Assembly: GCA_964016885.1 (NCBI GenBank)
Contig: OZ024745.1
Location: 54,870,001-54,934,000, forward strand
Source of the DNA: Eledone cirrhosa
Lineage: Eukaryota
DNA length: 64,000 nt
Direction: 5' to 3'
Shown here: piece by piece, positions 41,963 to 56,099 of the stretch
Numbering within the stretch: position 1 is the stretch's first letter
How the letters are laid out: each line of letters begins with the position of its first letter
Notes under the pieces: model-generated
What the model was told of the DNA's origin: nothing
The model's database searches: none
What the model saw: the letters and a program-made list of their open reading frames with translations, nothing else
Made by a program: the position numbers and the translations under genes

Positions 41963-42339
41963 TATTGAAGTTTGCTTGAAGCATTGTGGAACAATAAGTA
42001 AATATTTATAAGTCGTTTGGAAGCCTCGACAATGCAAATGGGTAAATCTCCGGGTAACAAGGTCCGGTGGTGGAGAGAGAGATATGTAAGTGGGTGTACG
42101 TTGAGATGCGTGGTGTGTATAAGATGTGTGAGATGTGTAGAATGAAGGGAAGAGTAAAAGAATAAAAATAATAATAACAACACAAGAGGGAGAGTTACCT
42201 TGGGAGAGATTTAATAGTCCCTATATATTTCGGATTCACATCCATCAACTGGGGTTTTTTCCGGGGTGGGGGAAAAGTTTGTCTGTCGGACAACTCGGAA
42301 CGCGTCTTTCGCTGTTTGTTGAAAAAGCAGAAAAACTGC

Positions 42340-42378
<39 letters not shown>

Positions 42379-42551
42379 TCTGCAGTTTTTCTGCTTTTCA
42401 AAAGTAGAAATGAAATCGAGGGTTTGTTGTTTTTCTCAACCACAAACCACCCATCTTAATTCTACTTTTGAAAAGCATATAATAATAATATATATATATA
42501 TTATTATATAATATATATATATATATTATATATATATATACAATATTATAA

Positions 42552-42664
<113 letters not shown>

Positions 42665-42665
42665 C

Positions 42666-42784
<119 letters not shown>

Positions 42785-42834
42785 CATTATTATTATTATT
42801 ATTACATGTCGGCCCTTGTGGCTAATAAATGAAA

Positions 42835-42877
<43 letters not shown>

Positions 42878-43070
42878 GGGTGGTGGATTGGCAGTATCGG
42901 TAGAGGGTCGGACGCGATGCTTTGCAACAAAGAGTTACGGCCCTTTATGGTCTGAGTTCAAATCCCGCCGAGGTTAACTTTGCCTTTCATCCTTACGGAG
43001 TCGATAAAATAAAGTACCAGTAACACACTGGGATAATTGCTGGCCTTGTGCCAAAAGTAGAAACAATTAT
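42878..43070 (+). mobile_element. Full-length tRNA-like SINE
   Basis: A-box-like tggcagtatcgg and B-box-like gagttcaaatcc, central gcctttcatccttacggagtcgataaaataaagtaccag, (ATT)n tail; flanked by (ATT)n. Confidence 0.9.
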
Positions 43071-43082
43071 TATTATTATTAG

Positions 43083-43129
<47 letters not shown>

Positions 43130-43198
43130 ATATATATATATATATAATTATTATAATAGTATATATATATATTATATATTTATAATATATATATATAT

Positions 43199-43243
<45 letters not shown>

Positions 43244-43823
43244 TATATATATATATATATATATATATTACTTATGAATTTATGTTCATACACGATACAA
43301 AAGAGCAACCTAGGGTTCGAGGATCTGTGAGGATCTTTCAATCTGCGAAGGTGATAATTGGAACTTTAAATCTTAGGTACCGCTTTTACTTTGTGTATGA
43401 ACGTGATTAAGGTAATATATCAGCTCGAATACCAGATTGTGCACTATTTTTTTCTTATTCTCTTTTCACTTCCAAATATACTTTACTACATACATACACG
43501 CAAACTTACACACACACACGTACACACAGACACAATGCATATACACAAATATATGTTTATATATATATATATATATTTATACACATGTAAGTGTGTATAT
43601 GTGTTGTGTCTGTGTGTATGTGTGCTGTGTCTGTGTGTGAGTTTGTGTGTACGCGTGTGTTTGTAAGTTTGCGTGTATGTATGTAGTAAAATGTGCGTAT
43701 ATGTAGTAAAATAAATGTATATATGTATTTATATATTTATAAATATCACTTCTCACTTCTTACCTAGCTTTTCCTAATAATCTAATTTCCTAATTTCCTA
43801 ATTTATACTCGATTTATATATAA

Positions 43824-43854
<31 letters not shown>

Positions 43855-43938
43855 CGTGTGTGAGTGTGTGTGTGTGTGTTAGTTTGTGTGTGTCTGTATG
43901 TCTGTGTGTATGTATATATATATTATATATATGTATAT

Positions 43939-43990
<52 letters not shown>

Positions 43991-45035
43991 TTATATTTAT
44001 ATATATAGTCAGGTAGAGAAGTAGATAGTAACAGGGGTGGAAATAATAGACAAAGACAGAGAGAATGACAGACAAACTAACAGAGACAGAATGAAGGACG
44101 AGTATAATAAGTGGAAGAGAAATAGAAACGATCTGGTGGAGAGAAACGGTAGAGATTGATAAGTCATTCGTAGTGACATGACGTGTGTACGTGTGTACGT
44201 GTGTGTGTGCGTGCGTATTCTTGTGCATTCATGTGCGCGTGTGTTTCTGTTTGTTTGCGCAGCGATCCATCGATCAAATAGAACTACAACATATACGATG
44301 TTACTACTACCATCATTGTTGTTGATGCTGCTGTTGCTGATGCCGATATTGAAGTTATCTGTGTCTTGTTGCTTCTGATACAGCTACTACAAAGACTGCA
44401 ACTGTTGGTGGTGGTGTTTAGTGTTGTTGTTGATGTTGAGGATGGGGACTTTTGATGATGTTGATGACGATGTTTTTGACGTTGTTGATGTTCATATTAT
44501 TTTCTATCACCCTCGACAGTTACCCCGTCTCTACTAGCCAAATGTTTATGCAAGCGTATCTCAATTTTTTAGTAATAGCAGCCACATTTAGTAATATATT
44601 AGCCATAAATTCAAATCAGATGTTGCTATCGTGTGTTAAGGCATCAACGCCAAAGATTATTTCAACGAGACAAACTTAAATTAGAGCCCTTAGTACTCGT
44701 GTATTAAGCTATATTATTTCCATGTTATAATGTGGGTCTTCTTTCCTTGCGGGAAAAGATTGGTTGGTCACTGTTGGAATAACATTTTTCACATGCCTAA
44801 TATTCAAACAGCGCTGATTGGCGGCTAAAGACAACTTTGGCGAATCTATAAAAATTACACGCCGGAAAATGTCCTTGTATCACTCCTCAAAGATAAATAA
44901 CTTGGTCATGGGTGGAAGGTCGTTTATTTATGATCAGCACTGCCATGACAATAAACAACAACACAATACAACACATCCCAGTCTTCAACTATTGATATTA
45001 CTGTTACTGTCTTTGATGTAGTTGTTGTTTTTGTA

Positions 45036-45053
45036 TTACTGCTGCTACTGCTG

Positions 45054-45098
<45 letters not shown>

Positions 45099-45099
45099 T

Positions 45100-45147
<48 letters not shown>

Positions 45148-45156
45148 TACAAACTT

Positions 45157-45210
<54 letters not shown>

Positions 45211-45230
45211 ATACTACTACTACTACTACT
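45036..45230. repeat. (CTA)n microsatellite
   Basis: Directly visible. Confidence 0.95.
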
Positions 45231-45655
45231 TGTATTTTGCTGGTATTTGGTTGCTATATATTAATGATATAAATAAGTTATTAAGAGGAGCCTGTATGAC
45301 GGAAAAAGTAAAGGCTATGTTCAGGTCCCCTTTTTCAGGTTTGACATTTCACTAAAAAACAACAGCAAATATGATAGATGCTATTGTTACTGGTGCTTAT
45401 CCCTAGGTCAAACCTCGAAGATCAATCCCATGATTTCAACCACCACTACTCTATGTTGTTAATAGTGTATGCCGGTTTGCATTACCTAATATCTGTTTTG
45501 CGTAATTAAGACAGCGTAACCTATAGGCTAAGTGGATTTGTATGATATATATAGTAGGATGCTCAGCCAGATAAACACACTGTCGTTGGCTCAGGTTTTG
45601 TTGAAGCTGTTTTTGTTAACCACTAAGTCTGCCCTTATAGAAGAGTTGAACTGTA

Positions 45656-47892
45656 ATCCAAAGCATTTCAGCGGTAACCATCCCGCTTATTCCCCATGTA
45701 AAGAGAGGTCAACATGAACTCTGATCCAAAGCATTTCAGCGGTAACCATCCCGCTTATTCCCCATGTAAAGAGAGGTCAACATGAACTCTGATCCAAAGC
45801 ATTTCAGCGGTAACCATCCCGCTTATTCCCCATGTAAAGAGAGGTCAACATGAACTCTGATCCAAAGCATTTCAGCGGTAACCATCCCGCTTATTCCCCA
45901 TGTAAAGAGAGGTCAACATGAACTCTGATCCAAAGCATTTCCGTGTTAACCATCCCGCTTATTCCCCATGTAAAGAGAGGTCAACATGAACTCTGATCCA
46001 AACCATTTCAGCGTTAACCATCCCGCTTATTCCCCATGTAAAGAGAGGTCAACATGAACTCTGATCCAAAGCATTTCCGTGTTAACCATCCCGCTTATTC
46101 TCCATGTAAAGAGAGGTCAACATGAACTCTGATCCAAACCATTTCAGCGGTAACCATCCCGCTTATTCCCCATGTAAAGAGAGGTCAACATGAACTCTGA
46201 TCTAAAGCATTTCAGCGGTAACCATCGCGCTTATTTCCCATGTAAAGAGAGGTCAACATGAACTCTGATCCAAACCATTTCAGCGGTAACCATCCCGCTT
46301 ATTCCCCATGTAAAGAGAGGTCAACATGAACTCTGATCCAAACCATTTCAGCGGTAACCATCCCGCTTATTCCCCATGTAAAGAGAGGTCAACATGAACT
46401 CTGATCCAAAGCATTTCAGCGGTAACCATCGCGCTTATTTCCCATGTAAAGAGAGGTCAACATGAACTCTGATCCAAAGCATTTCAGCGGTAACCATCCC
46501 GCTTATTCCCCATGTAAAGAGAGGTCAACATGAACTCTGATCCAAACCATTTCAGCGGTAACTATCCCGCTTATTCCCCATGTAAAGAGAGGTCAACATG
46601 AACTCTGATCCAAAGCATTTCAGCGGTAACCATCCCGCTTATTCCCCATGTAAAGAGAGGTCAACATAAACTCTGATCCAAAGCATTTCAGCGGTAACCA
46701 TCGCGCTTATTTCCCATGTAAAGAGAGGTCAACATGAACTCTGATCCAAAGCATTTCAGCGGTAACCATCCCGCTTATTCCCCATGTAAAGAGAGGTCAA
46801 CATGAACTCTGATCCAAACCATTTCAGCGGTAACCATCCCGCTTATTCCCCATGTAAAGAGAGGTCAACATGAACTCTGATCCAAAGCATTTCAGCGGTA
46901 ACCATCCCGCTTATTCCCCATGTAAAGAGAGGTCAACATGAACTCTGATCCAAACCATTTCAGCGGTAACCATCCCGCTTATTCCCCATGTAAAGAGAGG
47001 TCAACATGAACTCTGATCCAAAGCATTTCAGCGGTAACCATCGCGCTTATTTCCCATGTAAAGAGAGGTCAACATGAACTCTGATCCAAAGCATTTCAGC
47101 GGTAACCATCCCGCTTATTCCCCATGTAAAGAGAGGTCAACATGAACTCTGATCCAAACCATTTCAGCGGTAACCATCCCGCTTATTCCCCATGTAAAGA
47201 GAGGTCAACATGAACTCTGATCCAAAGCATTTCAGCGGTAACCATCGCGCTTATTTCCCATGTAAAGAGAGGTCAACATGAACTCTGATCCAAAGCATTT
47301 CAGCGGTAACCATCCCGCTTATTCCCCATGTAAAGAGAGGTCAACATGAACTCTGATCCAAAGCATTTCAGCGGTAACCATCCCGCTTATTCCCCATGTA
47401 AAGAGAGGTCAACATGAACTCTGATCCAAAGCATTTCAGCGGTAACCATCCCGCTTATTCCCCATGTAAAGAGAGGTCAACATGAACTCTGATCCAAAGC
47501 ATTTCAGCGGTAACCATCCCGCTTATTCCCCATGTAAAGAGAGGTCAACATGAACTCTGATCCAAAGCATTTCAGCGGTAACCATCCCGCTTATTCCCCA
47601 TGTAAAGAGAGGTCAACATGAACTCTGATCCAAAGCATTTCAGCGGTAACCATCCCGCTTATTCCCCATGTAAAGAGAGGTCAACATGAACTCTGATCCA
47701 AACCATTTCAGCGGTAACCATCCCGCTTATTCCCCATGTAAAGAGAGGTCAACATGAACTCTGATCCAAACCATTTCAGCGGTAACCATCCCGCTTATTC
47801 CCCATGTAAAGAGAGGTCAACATGAACTCTGATCCAAAGCATTTCAGCGGTAACCATCACGCTTATTCCCCATGTAAAAGAGAGGTCAACAT
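45656..47892. repeat. Minisatellite, 68-bp unit x ~33
   Basis: Unit gatccaaagcatttcagcggtaaccatcccgcttattccccatgtaaagagaggtcaacatgaactct starts at 45723, 45791, 45859 and so on. Confidence 0.98.
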
Positions 47893-48093
47893 TACAATAT
47901 CATGAAGGCGGGGATATGTGATTTGAGAGAGATGTGTCTACTATTTCTGGACCATCAATGTCTCATGTAGAAGTTTGTAGTGTTGTTCTTATTATTATTG
48001 CTGCAGTTGGTATTAACATTTTATCAATTCTATAAGTACTATTACTACTGTAGCAGTTGCTGCTGTTGTTGACTTTGTTCTCTTTCTGATATA

Positions 48094-48186
<93 letters not shown>

Positions 48187-48569
48187 GTATATATATATAT
48201 ATATTTATTATTTACTATTTTATTAATGTTATTGCCACAACTCCTATTATTGTTGTTTCTGCTGTCATAGACACTGCAGCAGGTGGTGGGGATGTTAGTT
48301 TTGTTGTTTTTATTTGTATCGTTGTTATTGCTTCTACTGCTCTAAAACTTCTATTGCTGTTGTTTCCGCTACTGTAAAGAAAGCTACTGAAGTTGTTGTT
48401 GCTGTATAACTCCTGTTGTTGATTCTTCTGCTAGGGAGATTCCTATACTTGTTGTTGCTGTTGTATAACATCTATTATTGCTCTTCCCACTGCTCCACAT
48501 AATGTGGTTTTATTGTTCTTGCTTTCCCCCGTTGTTTCATTTTAACGGTTATTATTGCCATAATATCTA

Positions 48570-49440
48570 GGGTAATGGAGCGACAGAATTAAAAGGGCCT
48601 CGGAAACAATGCTTTGTTTTATCTCGTCTCGATTTCCTTTTATGTATTCAAACCTTGCCAATGTTAACTTTGCCTTCCATCTCGCAAGAGTTGATGTATT
48701 GGGTACATATAATCAATTTCTCCTTCCACCCAAATTGTTAGCCTTCCGCTACTAATGGAATACATGTATTAGTACTAGTGTTAGAGGGGAGGACTAACAG
48801 AATTTGTAGAACCTCGGACAAAACATCTCTGTTGTATTTGTTCTGCTTCATTTTATTCTGTGTTCAAACTCCACCGATGTTAATTTCACGTTCCATTCTT
48901 TTGGGTTCCAGAAAATAAGGAACCAGTCAAATACTGGATTTCATTTAATGCAAGTTTCCTTTACCCAAATTTGTTTGCTTTGTGCCTACATTAGAGTTTA
49001 TTATTATATCGTTGGATTGGCAGTATCAGTAGAGCCTCGGACACAATGCTTTGCACGATGCAGCCCTTTATGATCTGAGTTCAAATCCCGCCGAGGTTAA
49101 GTTTGCTTTTCATTTTTAGGGGGTCGATAAAATAAAGTACCAGTCACGCAAGGAGGTCGAGTTAATCGACCCAAAATTGCTGACCTTCTGCCTATATAAG
49201 AAACCATTATTATATCAATATATTAGGGTGGTGGATTGGCAGTACCGGTAGAGCCTCGGACACCATGCTTTGCTGCATAGAGTTACGGTTCTTTACGGTT
49301 TCAGTTCAAATCCCTGCCGATACTTTGAATTTCATCCTTGCGGGTCGATAAAATAAAGCAGCAGTCACGGACTGGTGCCGGTTTAATCGACTTTCCCCTC
49401 CCCCCAAATGACTGGCCTTGTGCCTATACTAGAAATCATT
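48570..49440 (+). mobile_element. Cluster of four head-to-tail SINE copies
   Basis: Copies at ~48570, ~48785 (both degenerate), ~49012 and ~49226, each with ttcaaa..cc(g)ccga(t/g)gttaa..ttgcctt.cat and a tatta spacer. Confidence 0.75.
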
Positions 49441-50155
49441 ATTATAAGGATAAGCAGAACTATAGTTGACGGCATTGTGTCCAACTACCCTCTCTAAAGA
49501 CAATGCCGTCAAGGGCTTTATACTTATTTACTGCGCAGTTAAGAAGGGCAGGAGGTACTGGTAGAACAATGGAAAACATGTTCCTAAAGTGGAACCGGAG
49601 ATCAAAGGTGTCAACAAAGTGGTTTCTTCTAAAGACAATCAGGGGTCATGCAGTGGTATCAAACTAGCTAAGATTGATATAATCATGTCTTCATTCCTCA
49701 CAGATATGTCTGGGAGTGTACTTATATCTGAAAGTATGACAACAGATATTCTAAATATTGATGTTATTGCTTATGATGCTATTGCCGCTGCTTTTGCACC
49801 TGCACTTGCTTCAGTTGATCATGTTGTTGCTTGAATTGATTGTATTATCGTTTCTAATATTGTGACTGTAGTGGATGATATTGATGCTGTTGTTGATTTG
49901 TTTCGCGTTCATATTGTCGTTGTTGTAGCTGTTATTATTGTCTTCCGACACGAATAATGTTGTTGTTGCTTTGTTGCTGCTGCAATTGTTGTTGCTCATT
50001 TTGATTGTGGTGTAAGATTTATTACTGTTACTGCGACTGCTGCCTCACTTTTCTGGTGCTCATACCCTTGCATTCACCGTCTTTATTATTCGTGTCTCTT
50101 TGAATTGATATGCTTTGTCATGCTACTATTCTTGTTGATATATTTTATACAGAAA

Positions 50156-50274
<119 letters not shown>

Positions 50275-50344
50275 TAGATAAAACGTACAAATGCACACAT
50301 ATACACGTATATATCCCCCACCCCACCCCGACACACACACGCAC

Positions 50345-50376
<32 letters not shown>

Positions 50377-50431
50377 GTATATATATGTATATATGTATAT
50401 ATGTATATATATATTTATATGTATATATGTA

Positions 50432-50508
<77 letters not shown>

Positions 50509-50674
50509 ATATATATGTATATATATATACAAAGTATTACAATATATATATATATATAGAGAGAGAGAAAGAGAATGAGAGAGAAAGAGAGAGAGAGAGA
50601 TGCAGAGAGAGAGAGAGTGAAAGAAAAAGAGAGATATATATAGAGAGAGAAAGAGAAAGAGAATGAGAGAGAGA

Positions 50675-50725
<51 letters not shown>

Positions 50726-50975
50726 TTAGATAGATGCAATGTACCTAGATCGATATTTCCTTGTTTAAATACATTCGTTTATATTTTTGTATTATTTTTT
50801 TCTACTTTTTAATTGTTTATTTACCATTCTTTATGTTGGTGCTGGCGCACGTAGTATTTACTTACTTCCTTACTACTATTACTACTACTATTGCTGCTGT
50901 TGCTACTTGTACTAATACTGCTTATGCTGCTACAACACAAGAAAACAACTCATCCTCCTCTTCCTCCTCCTCGTC

Positions 50976-51026
<51 letters not shown>

Positions 51027-51652
51027 ACACGACCTTTTAGCTAATGATTCTACCTTTATTGTAGTTGTTGAGCCATAGGATAAACTTGTGTGTAGAAGCC
51101 TGTGACTCGATCAGAGTTTTTATGTTTCTAGGTTTGCTGTATCCTATGTAATCTATAATTTCGTCAAGACGGTAGGGTCTAATTCACGGATTTTCCTGAT
51201 ATTTCTAGCATATTGAGCGCCAACAATGTGGCTCCTTTAATGGCATCTGGCGTTGCTGTTGATGTTGGTGGAGGTGTTGATACTTTATATATTGTAGGTT
51301 AACTTTATTCGAATTTCCTCACCTCAAGATTCCTCCTTTCCCCCGTAACTTCTTCATTTACTTCCCCAACAATATGTCTCTCAATATTTCTCTCTTTCCA
51401 TTCATCTTTAATCTCACTAACTTCTCCTGTATCTACTTACTATGTTTTCTTTGTGGTTTTGCTTTAACTCAAAAAGTAAAATATGCATTTTTGGAACATT
51501 TTATTATTTTTTTAAGTTTGCAATGAATTACCTAGTAGCATCTGTCTATAATAACCTTTCCCATTTCTTTTGCCCTCTCTCGTTATTTCATCTCTATAAA
51601 CCTACTTTCACTATTCCTGTACACACTCAGTAACACACACAAAAACAAGCAC

Positions 51653-51713
<61 letters not shown>

Positions 51714-51722
51714 ACACACACA

Positions 51723-51762
<40 letters not shown>

Positions 51763-51858
51763 TATAGATATATATATGTACACTTATGTGTACTCGTATA
51801 TATATATATATACCTTTACATCAACACAAACACGCCATCACATCCAAACACACACATA

Positions 51859-51894
<36 letters not shown>

Positions 51895-51996
51895 TATGTG
51901 TGTGTTTGGGTGTGATGGCGTGTTTGTGTTCATGTAAAGGTATATATGTTTCAATCTTTTAGCTTTAGAATACGTATGTATTGCGTCTCATTTCTG

Positions 51997-52084
<88 letters not shown>

Positions 52085-53047
52085 ACCGGCCTCGGCTCCT
52101 GTTCACCCATCGCCCGACACTTCTGCTCAGTCGGGTATTCCGCCCGGAACTTGACCGTCTGCAGCCTCATTGCGTGCCCTGGAACAACGGATACCCGACT
52201 GAAGGCCGGGCAATGCCCCATCTCCAACTACAGATATGCACCGCCCCATATTTGAACTACCCACTCTTGTTCCTTTAGTACCAACACCCCGCCCCGACTG
52301 ACACCACCATCCATCACCGACCACCAGTCATCATTACCAACCGTTAACTTTGCCTCCATCCCCCATAACTGCCCCTCCCACCAACACCCTCCATCTCCCT
52401 CTAACCTACAAATAACCCCAACAAGCTACACTCACACCCACCAACTAGTAACAGAGAGCTCCCCACCCCATCCACACACCCTTATTCCCCTCACCCCGCC
52501 ACCCTATAATCCACTAACTGCCTACCACACACCTCACCCACGTCCCCTACACAACCCTTGGTCTAGTCCTTTCTCTGCGTACACCACAAAACACACACGC
52601 ACTTACACCCTAAACTCACACACACATCACTAAATACGCGTATGTAAACATGAAAACAGCGATTAAATGAACCCTCCTACACACACCGACAATATCTCAT
52701 CGCATGTCCACTACGCTTTCTACACACACAGACACGTGCACCTACCACGCTACTCTCAGCCACCGTCGCCCACACACCCTGCCTGTCCACACAGCCAACT
52801 ACCTCTTACGCATACATAGTAGCACAATCGCTCTCGCCTACCACGTTCTGTTTTGGTGGCACCACCTCCTCCCCTACCTATCACAGATTATCCTGCCATC
52901 ACTCTCTCCTCCCACTCTTTGGACTTGACCACCACTACCGGTTGCGCACGCCACACTGCCATTTTACTTTCACATCGCCATTTTTCTCCTGCTCGCAATT
53001 GGACTTTACCTCACGATAAAATCGACCTCCTATATCCACGAATTTTA

Positions 53048-53136
<89 letters not shown>

Positions 53137-53730
53137 AACAGCCATACATAAATATAGGCACACACACACATTTGCACCATTTTCGCATACTGGCAACTAC
53201 GCACCTTACACTAACCCACACCACCCATAAACATACCCCGCATTCACTTCTTTTAACCACACACACACAGACACGCATATCTACACATACCCCACACTTC
53301 ACCCCACACAACCTCCGGATTTGACATGTTCTCATCCCGTCTGGCTCCCTCCATCCACACACACACATACACACCAAAACACATAGATGGTCTATACGTG
53401 CACAATATTTTTTTAAAACCTACATTCACATATATGCACACCTTACCTACAACCTTCCCCGACCGGACTCTGATTTTTTCAATTCCCTCAGCTTTCTCTC
53501 CCGGACCTGTGCACCCCCAACCATTTTATTCTCACTTTAAAAAAAAATGTTTTTGTTTATTTTTATTTTCCCCTTCTTTTCGTGTTCTTCTTAACTTCTT
53601 TCCTTACATTCATCCTTATTCCCTCGCGACGTTTCTCTGAACTTTCCTGGTAAAGGAATTAAGTCCGAAACGTCGAAACCTCCTCCACTTCTACCAAGCG
53701 TGAACCTAATACAAATATGTAGTGCAATTG
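52085..53730 (+). mobile_element. 5'-truncated Penelope-like element (GIY-YIG C-terminus and long 3' region)
   Basis: PIARHFCSVGYSARNLTVCSL...TRLKAGQ...APPH matches PLE endonuclease ends (PVARHF...H...E...I...P.GLN). Degenerate hammerhead cctggtaaaggaattaagtccGAAAcgtc at ~53646-53674. Starts in (TG)n and ends at (TA)n. Confidence 0.7.
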
Positions 53731-53731
53731 A

Positions 53732-53769
<38 letters not shown>

Positions 53770-53773
<4 letters not shown>

Positions 53774-54581
53774 CAGCAGTACCCAGCGTTGCCTGGGTAG
53801 GTAAAATAATATCAGCTTGATGAAAAGGTGTTGATCCTAGCGACTGCTTCTCGATGACTCATCTATGGCCACACACAGGCCATGTGGGGGAGGGTGGTGA
53901 TGACCTCTATCACTGAGAAACGCGGGTGATTGGCGAAGGGGTATGCTGGGGGAGGGAGTTTCGAATTTGAACGAAATCGGTTTAAAAATGTAGGAGCGAG
54001 AACCGAAAAGGAGGAACTTTGAGCGAAAAGGTGGTATTTTTGAATATTCAAGCGGCTGCCACGCCTTTCCTGAAAAAGAATCCAAAATATAAAGCCACTT
54101 TAAGACGTGAAATAATCAGATCTAGCGTAGTGTAAAATTTGAACAAAATAGGTTGATTAATGTGGGAGCTAGAGCCGAAAAAGTGCAAATTTGAGTCTAA
54201 AAGTGGTATTTTTGAATATTTAAGCGCCTGCCACACCGACCCTGAACAACAAATGCAAATTATAACGCCATTACAGGATGTGCAACGATAAATTCTATTT
54301 TGCTTTAAAATTTGAACGACATTGGTGGCAAAATGTGGGAGCTAGAGCCAACAATCTTATTTTTCGATACCTAAAAAAGGTGACCCCTATCGATTTTATC
54401 TGCAGAATAACCCCGGAATAAAAAATAAAACGATACGCTTATATATAGAAAACACTCCCCGATGACTAATCTATGAGCCTGTAAAGTTTCATGAAAATCG
54501 GTCGTAAGATGTAGACCCCTATAGGTAATGTACAGACACACATACACACACACACATACTTAATTTTATATATATACAGAT
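53770..54581 (-). mobile_element. Non-autonomous Helitron-like element
   Basis: Minus strand starts a|tctgtatatatataaaattaagtatgtgtgtg and ends with hairpin tacccaggcaacgctgggta plus a degenerate CTRR; internal gaaaagtggtatttttgaatatt repeats. Confidence 0.55.
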
Positions 54582-55213
54582 AATCAATGTGAATTGACAA
54601 TGTCATCTCCCATTATTCTCTGTTTCCTTCTCATTTTAATTTTGTATTATTTTTTTCCCAAAGCATTGCATTTTCATTTCTATTCCTGTCTAGAATCTCA
54701 TAATCTCGAGGTTTCAAACTTCGCTTGCTATATGTTTCCATATTTACTTCCTCTATCGAATATATCTTAATACCTCTCTAATACAGACTCATTAATTTAT
54801 CTAATATATTCGGTTTCATTACAACTTTTTAAACTCTCTACGGATTTGTATCCACTATATTCTGTATATCATATCCAAAATACATTAACTATATTTAATG
54901 AAAAACATACATATACAAACATACACGCTTACACGAACACACATATGTATTAGATTTGTTTCAGTTATTATCCATCTTATTGTGCTGTATCTGGGTATCG
55001 TCAGTCGCGTCCCGACTGTAGCATTATGCGATCGCTCTAATACGGATATTCTGTCCTGTTAGTAATGAGTAAGTTCGGGGACCTACGATAATAGCGAATG
55101 CTTCCATATATCTAATACTGTCTCGATCTAAATTCCCAATAGAATTTACTACCGATAATTTCATTTGATCGGTTGAGTGAAATGTTGATCGAGGGAATAT
55201 GTTCTATTTACAG

Positions 55214-55403
55214 CAGGCATGCCAATCATGCGGCCCTTTACAAGGACACCTGCGGCCCGCACAAAAGGTTTTTACAGCACGAGCGTAATTCGAAATAAAA
55301 AAGTATTAGTTGTAATGTGCGCAATTAGTTGTCATGTGTGGCCCTCAGACAGCACATATGTGACCCGTATGACCGTCGGGGGACCCTCAGTTTGAAATGC
55401 CTA
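55214..55403. mobile_element. hAT-type MITE
   Basis: TIR-like caggcatgccaa / ttgaaatgccta, subterminal gcggccc motifs, 8-bp TSD atttacag / atttatag. Confidence 0.8.
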
Positions 55404-56099
55404 ATTTATAGCATATTCCATAAGAGCTAATTATGTAATGTTGCTGGCGCTTGAAATATAGTGTATAAACCGATTCTTTAATAAATTGTTTAGCTTCTTA
55501 GATCCATTAATCCGCGTTGTTTTACTCTATTTCTTTGGCCTCACTTCACTGTAATGTTACGAGTGCGCTCTAATACAGGTTTATACAGCTGTTATTATTG
55601 AATAAGTTCCGTGTAACACATGATCGAAATAATTTCGAAGGTTTTTATGGATCTAACACTTATCGATCTAAATTCGTATTATATATTTATATATACATAT
55701 TCTCTTATACTTTCCTTGATTACATTACACCGTGTAACTAAAATAAAATTGTCTTGTTCCTGGCTTGTAATCTCTTTTTTGTGTTGCTTAGGTCCCAAAT
55801 AAATTTTAAAAAAGTGCTATTGAACAGTTAAAAGTTTGGGTTTGTAAAAATTCTAAGCTATTCACTAGAATTATTTATATGCTGGATTTTACGTTGTATA
55901 TAAGTTTAATTTGCTTATGTTAAATGATTTTTTTTATATATGTTTCAGGTTAAATTAAAATTATAAAATATATAGTAATACCTAAAGAAAATTATAAAAG
56001 TGCAATAAAGTATAAAATTGTTAAAAAGTGGATTAAAGAGATTTATTGATACTGGATTTTCGCACCCTGAATAAAGGGTAAGTTGTGTTTTAAGCATTC

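Noticed and set aside
42878-42970. tRNA gene
   Set aside because: A/B-box-like motifs only; it is the head of a multicopy SINE and no cloverleaf could be formed.
45656-47892. CRISPR array or coding repeat
   Set aside because: Units are contiguous with no unique spacers, there are no cas genes, the context is eukaryotic, and the 68-bp period carries no long ORF.
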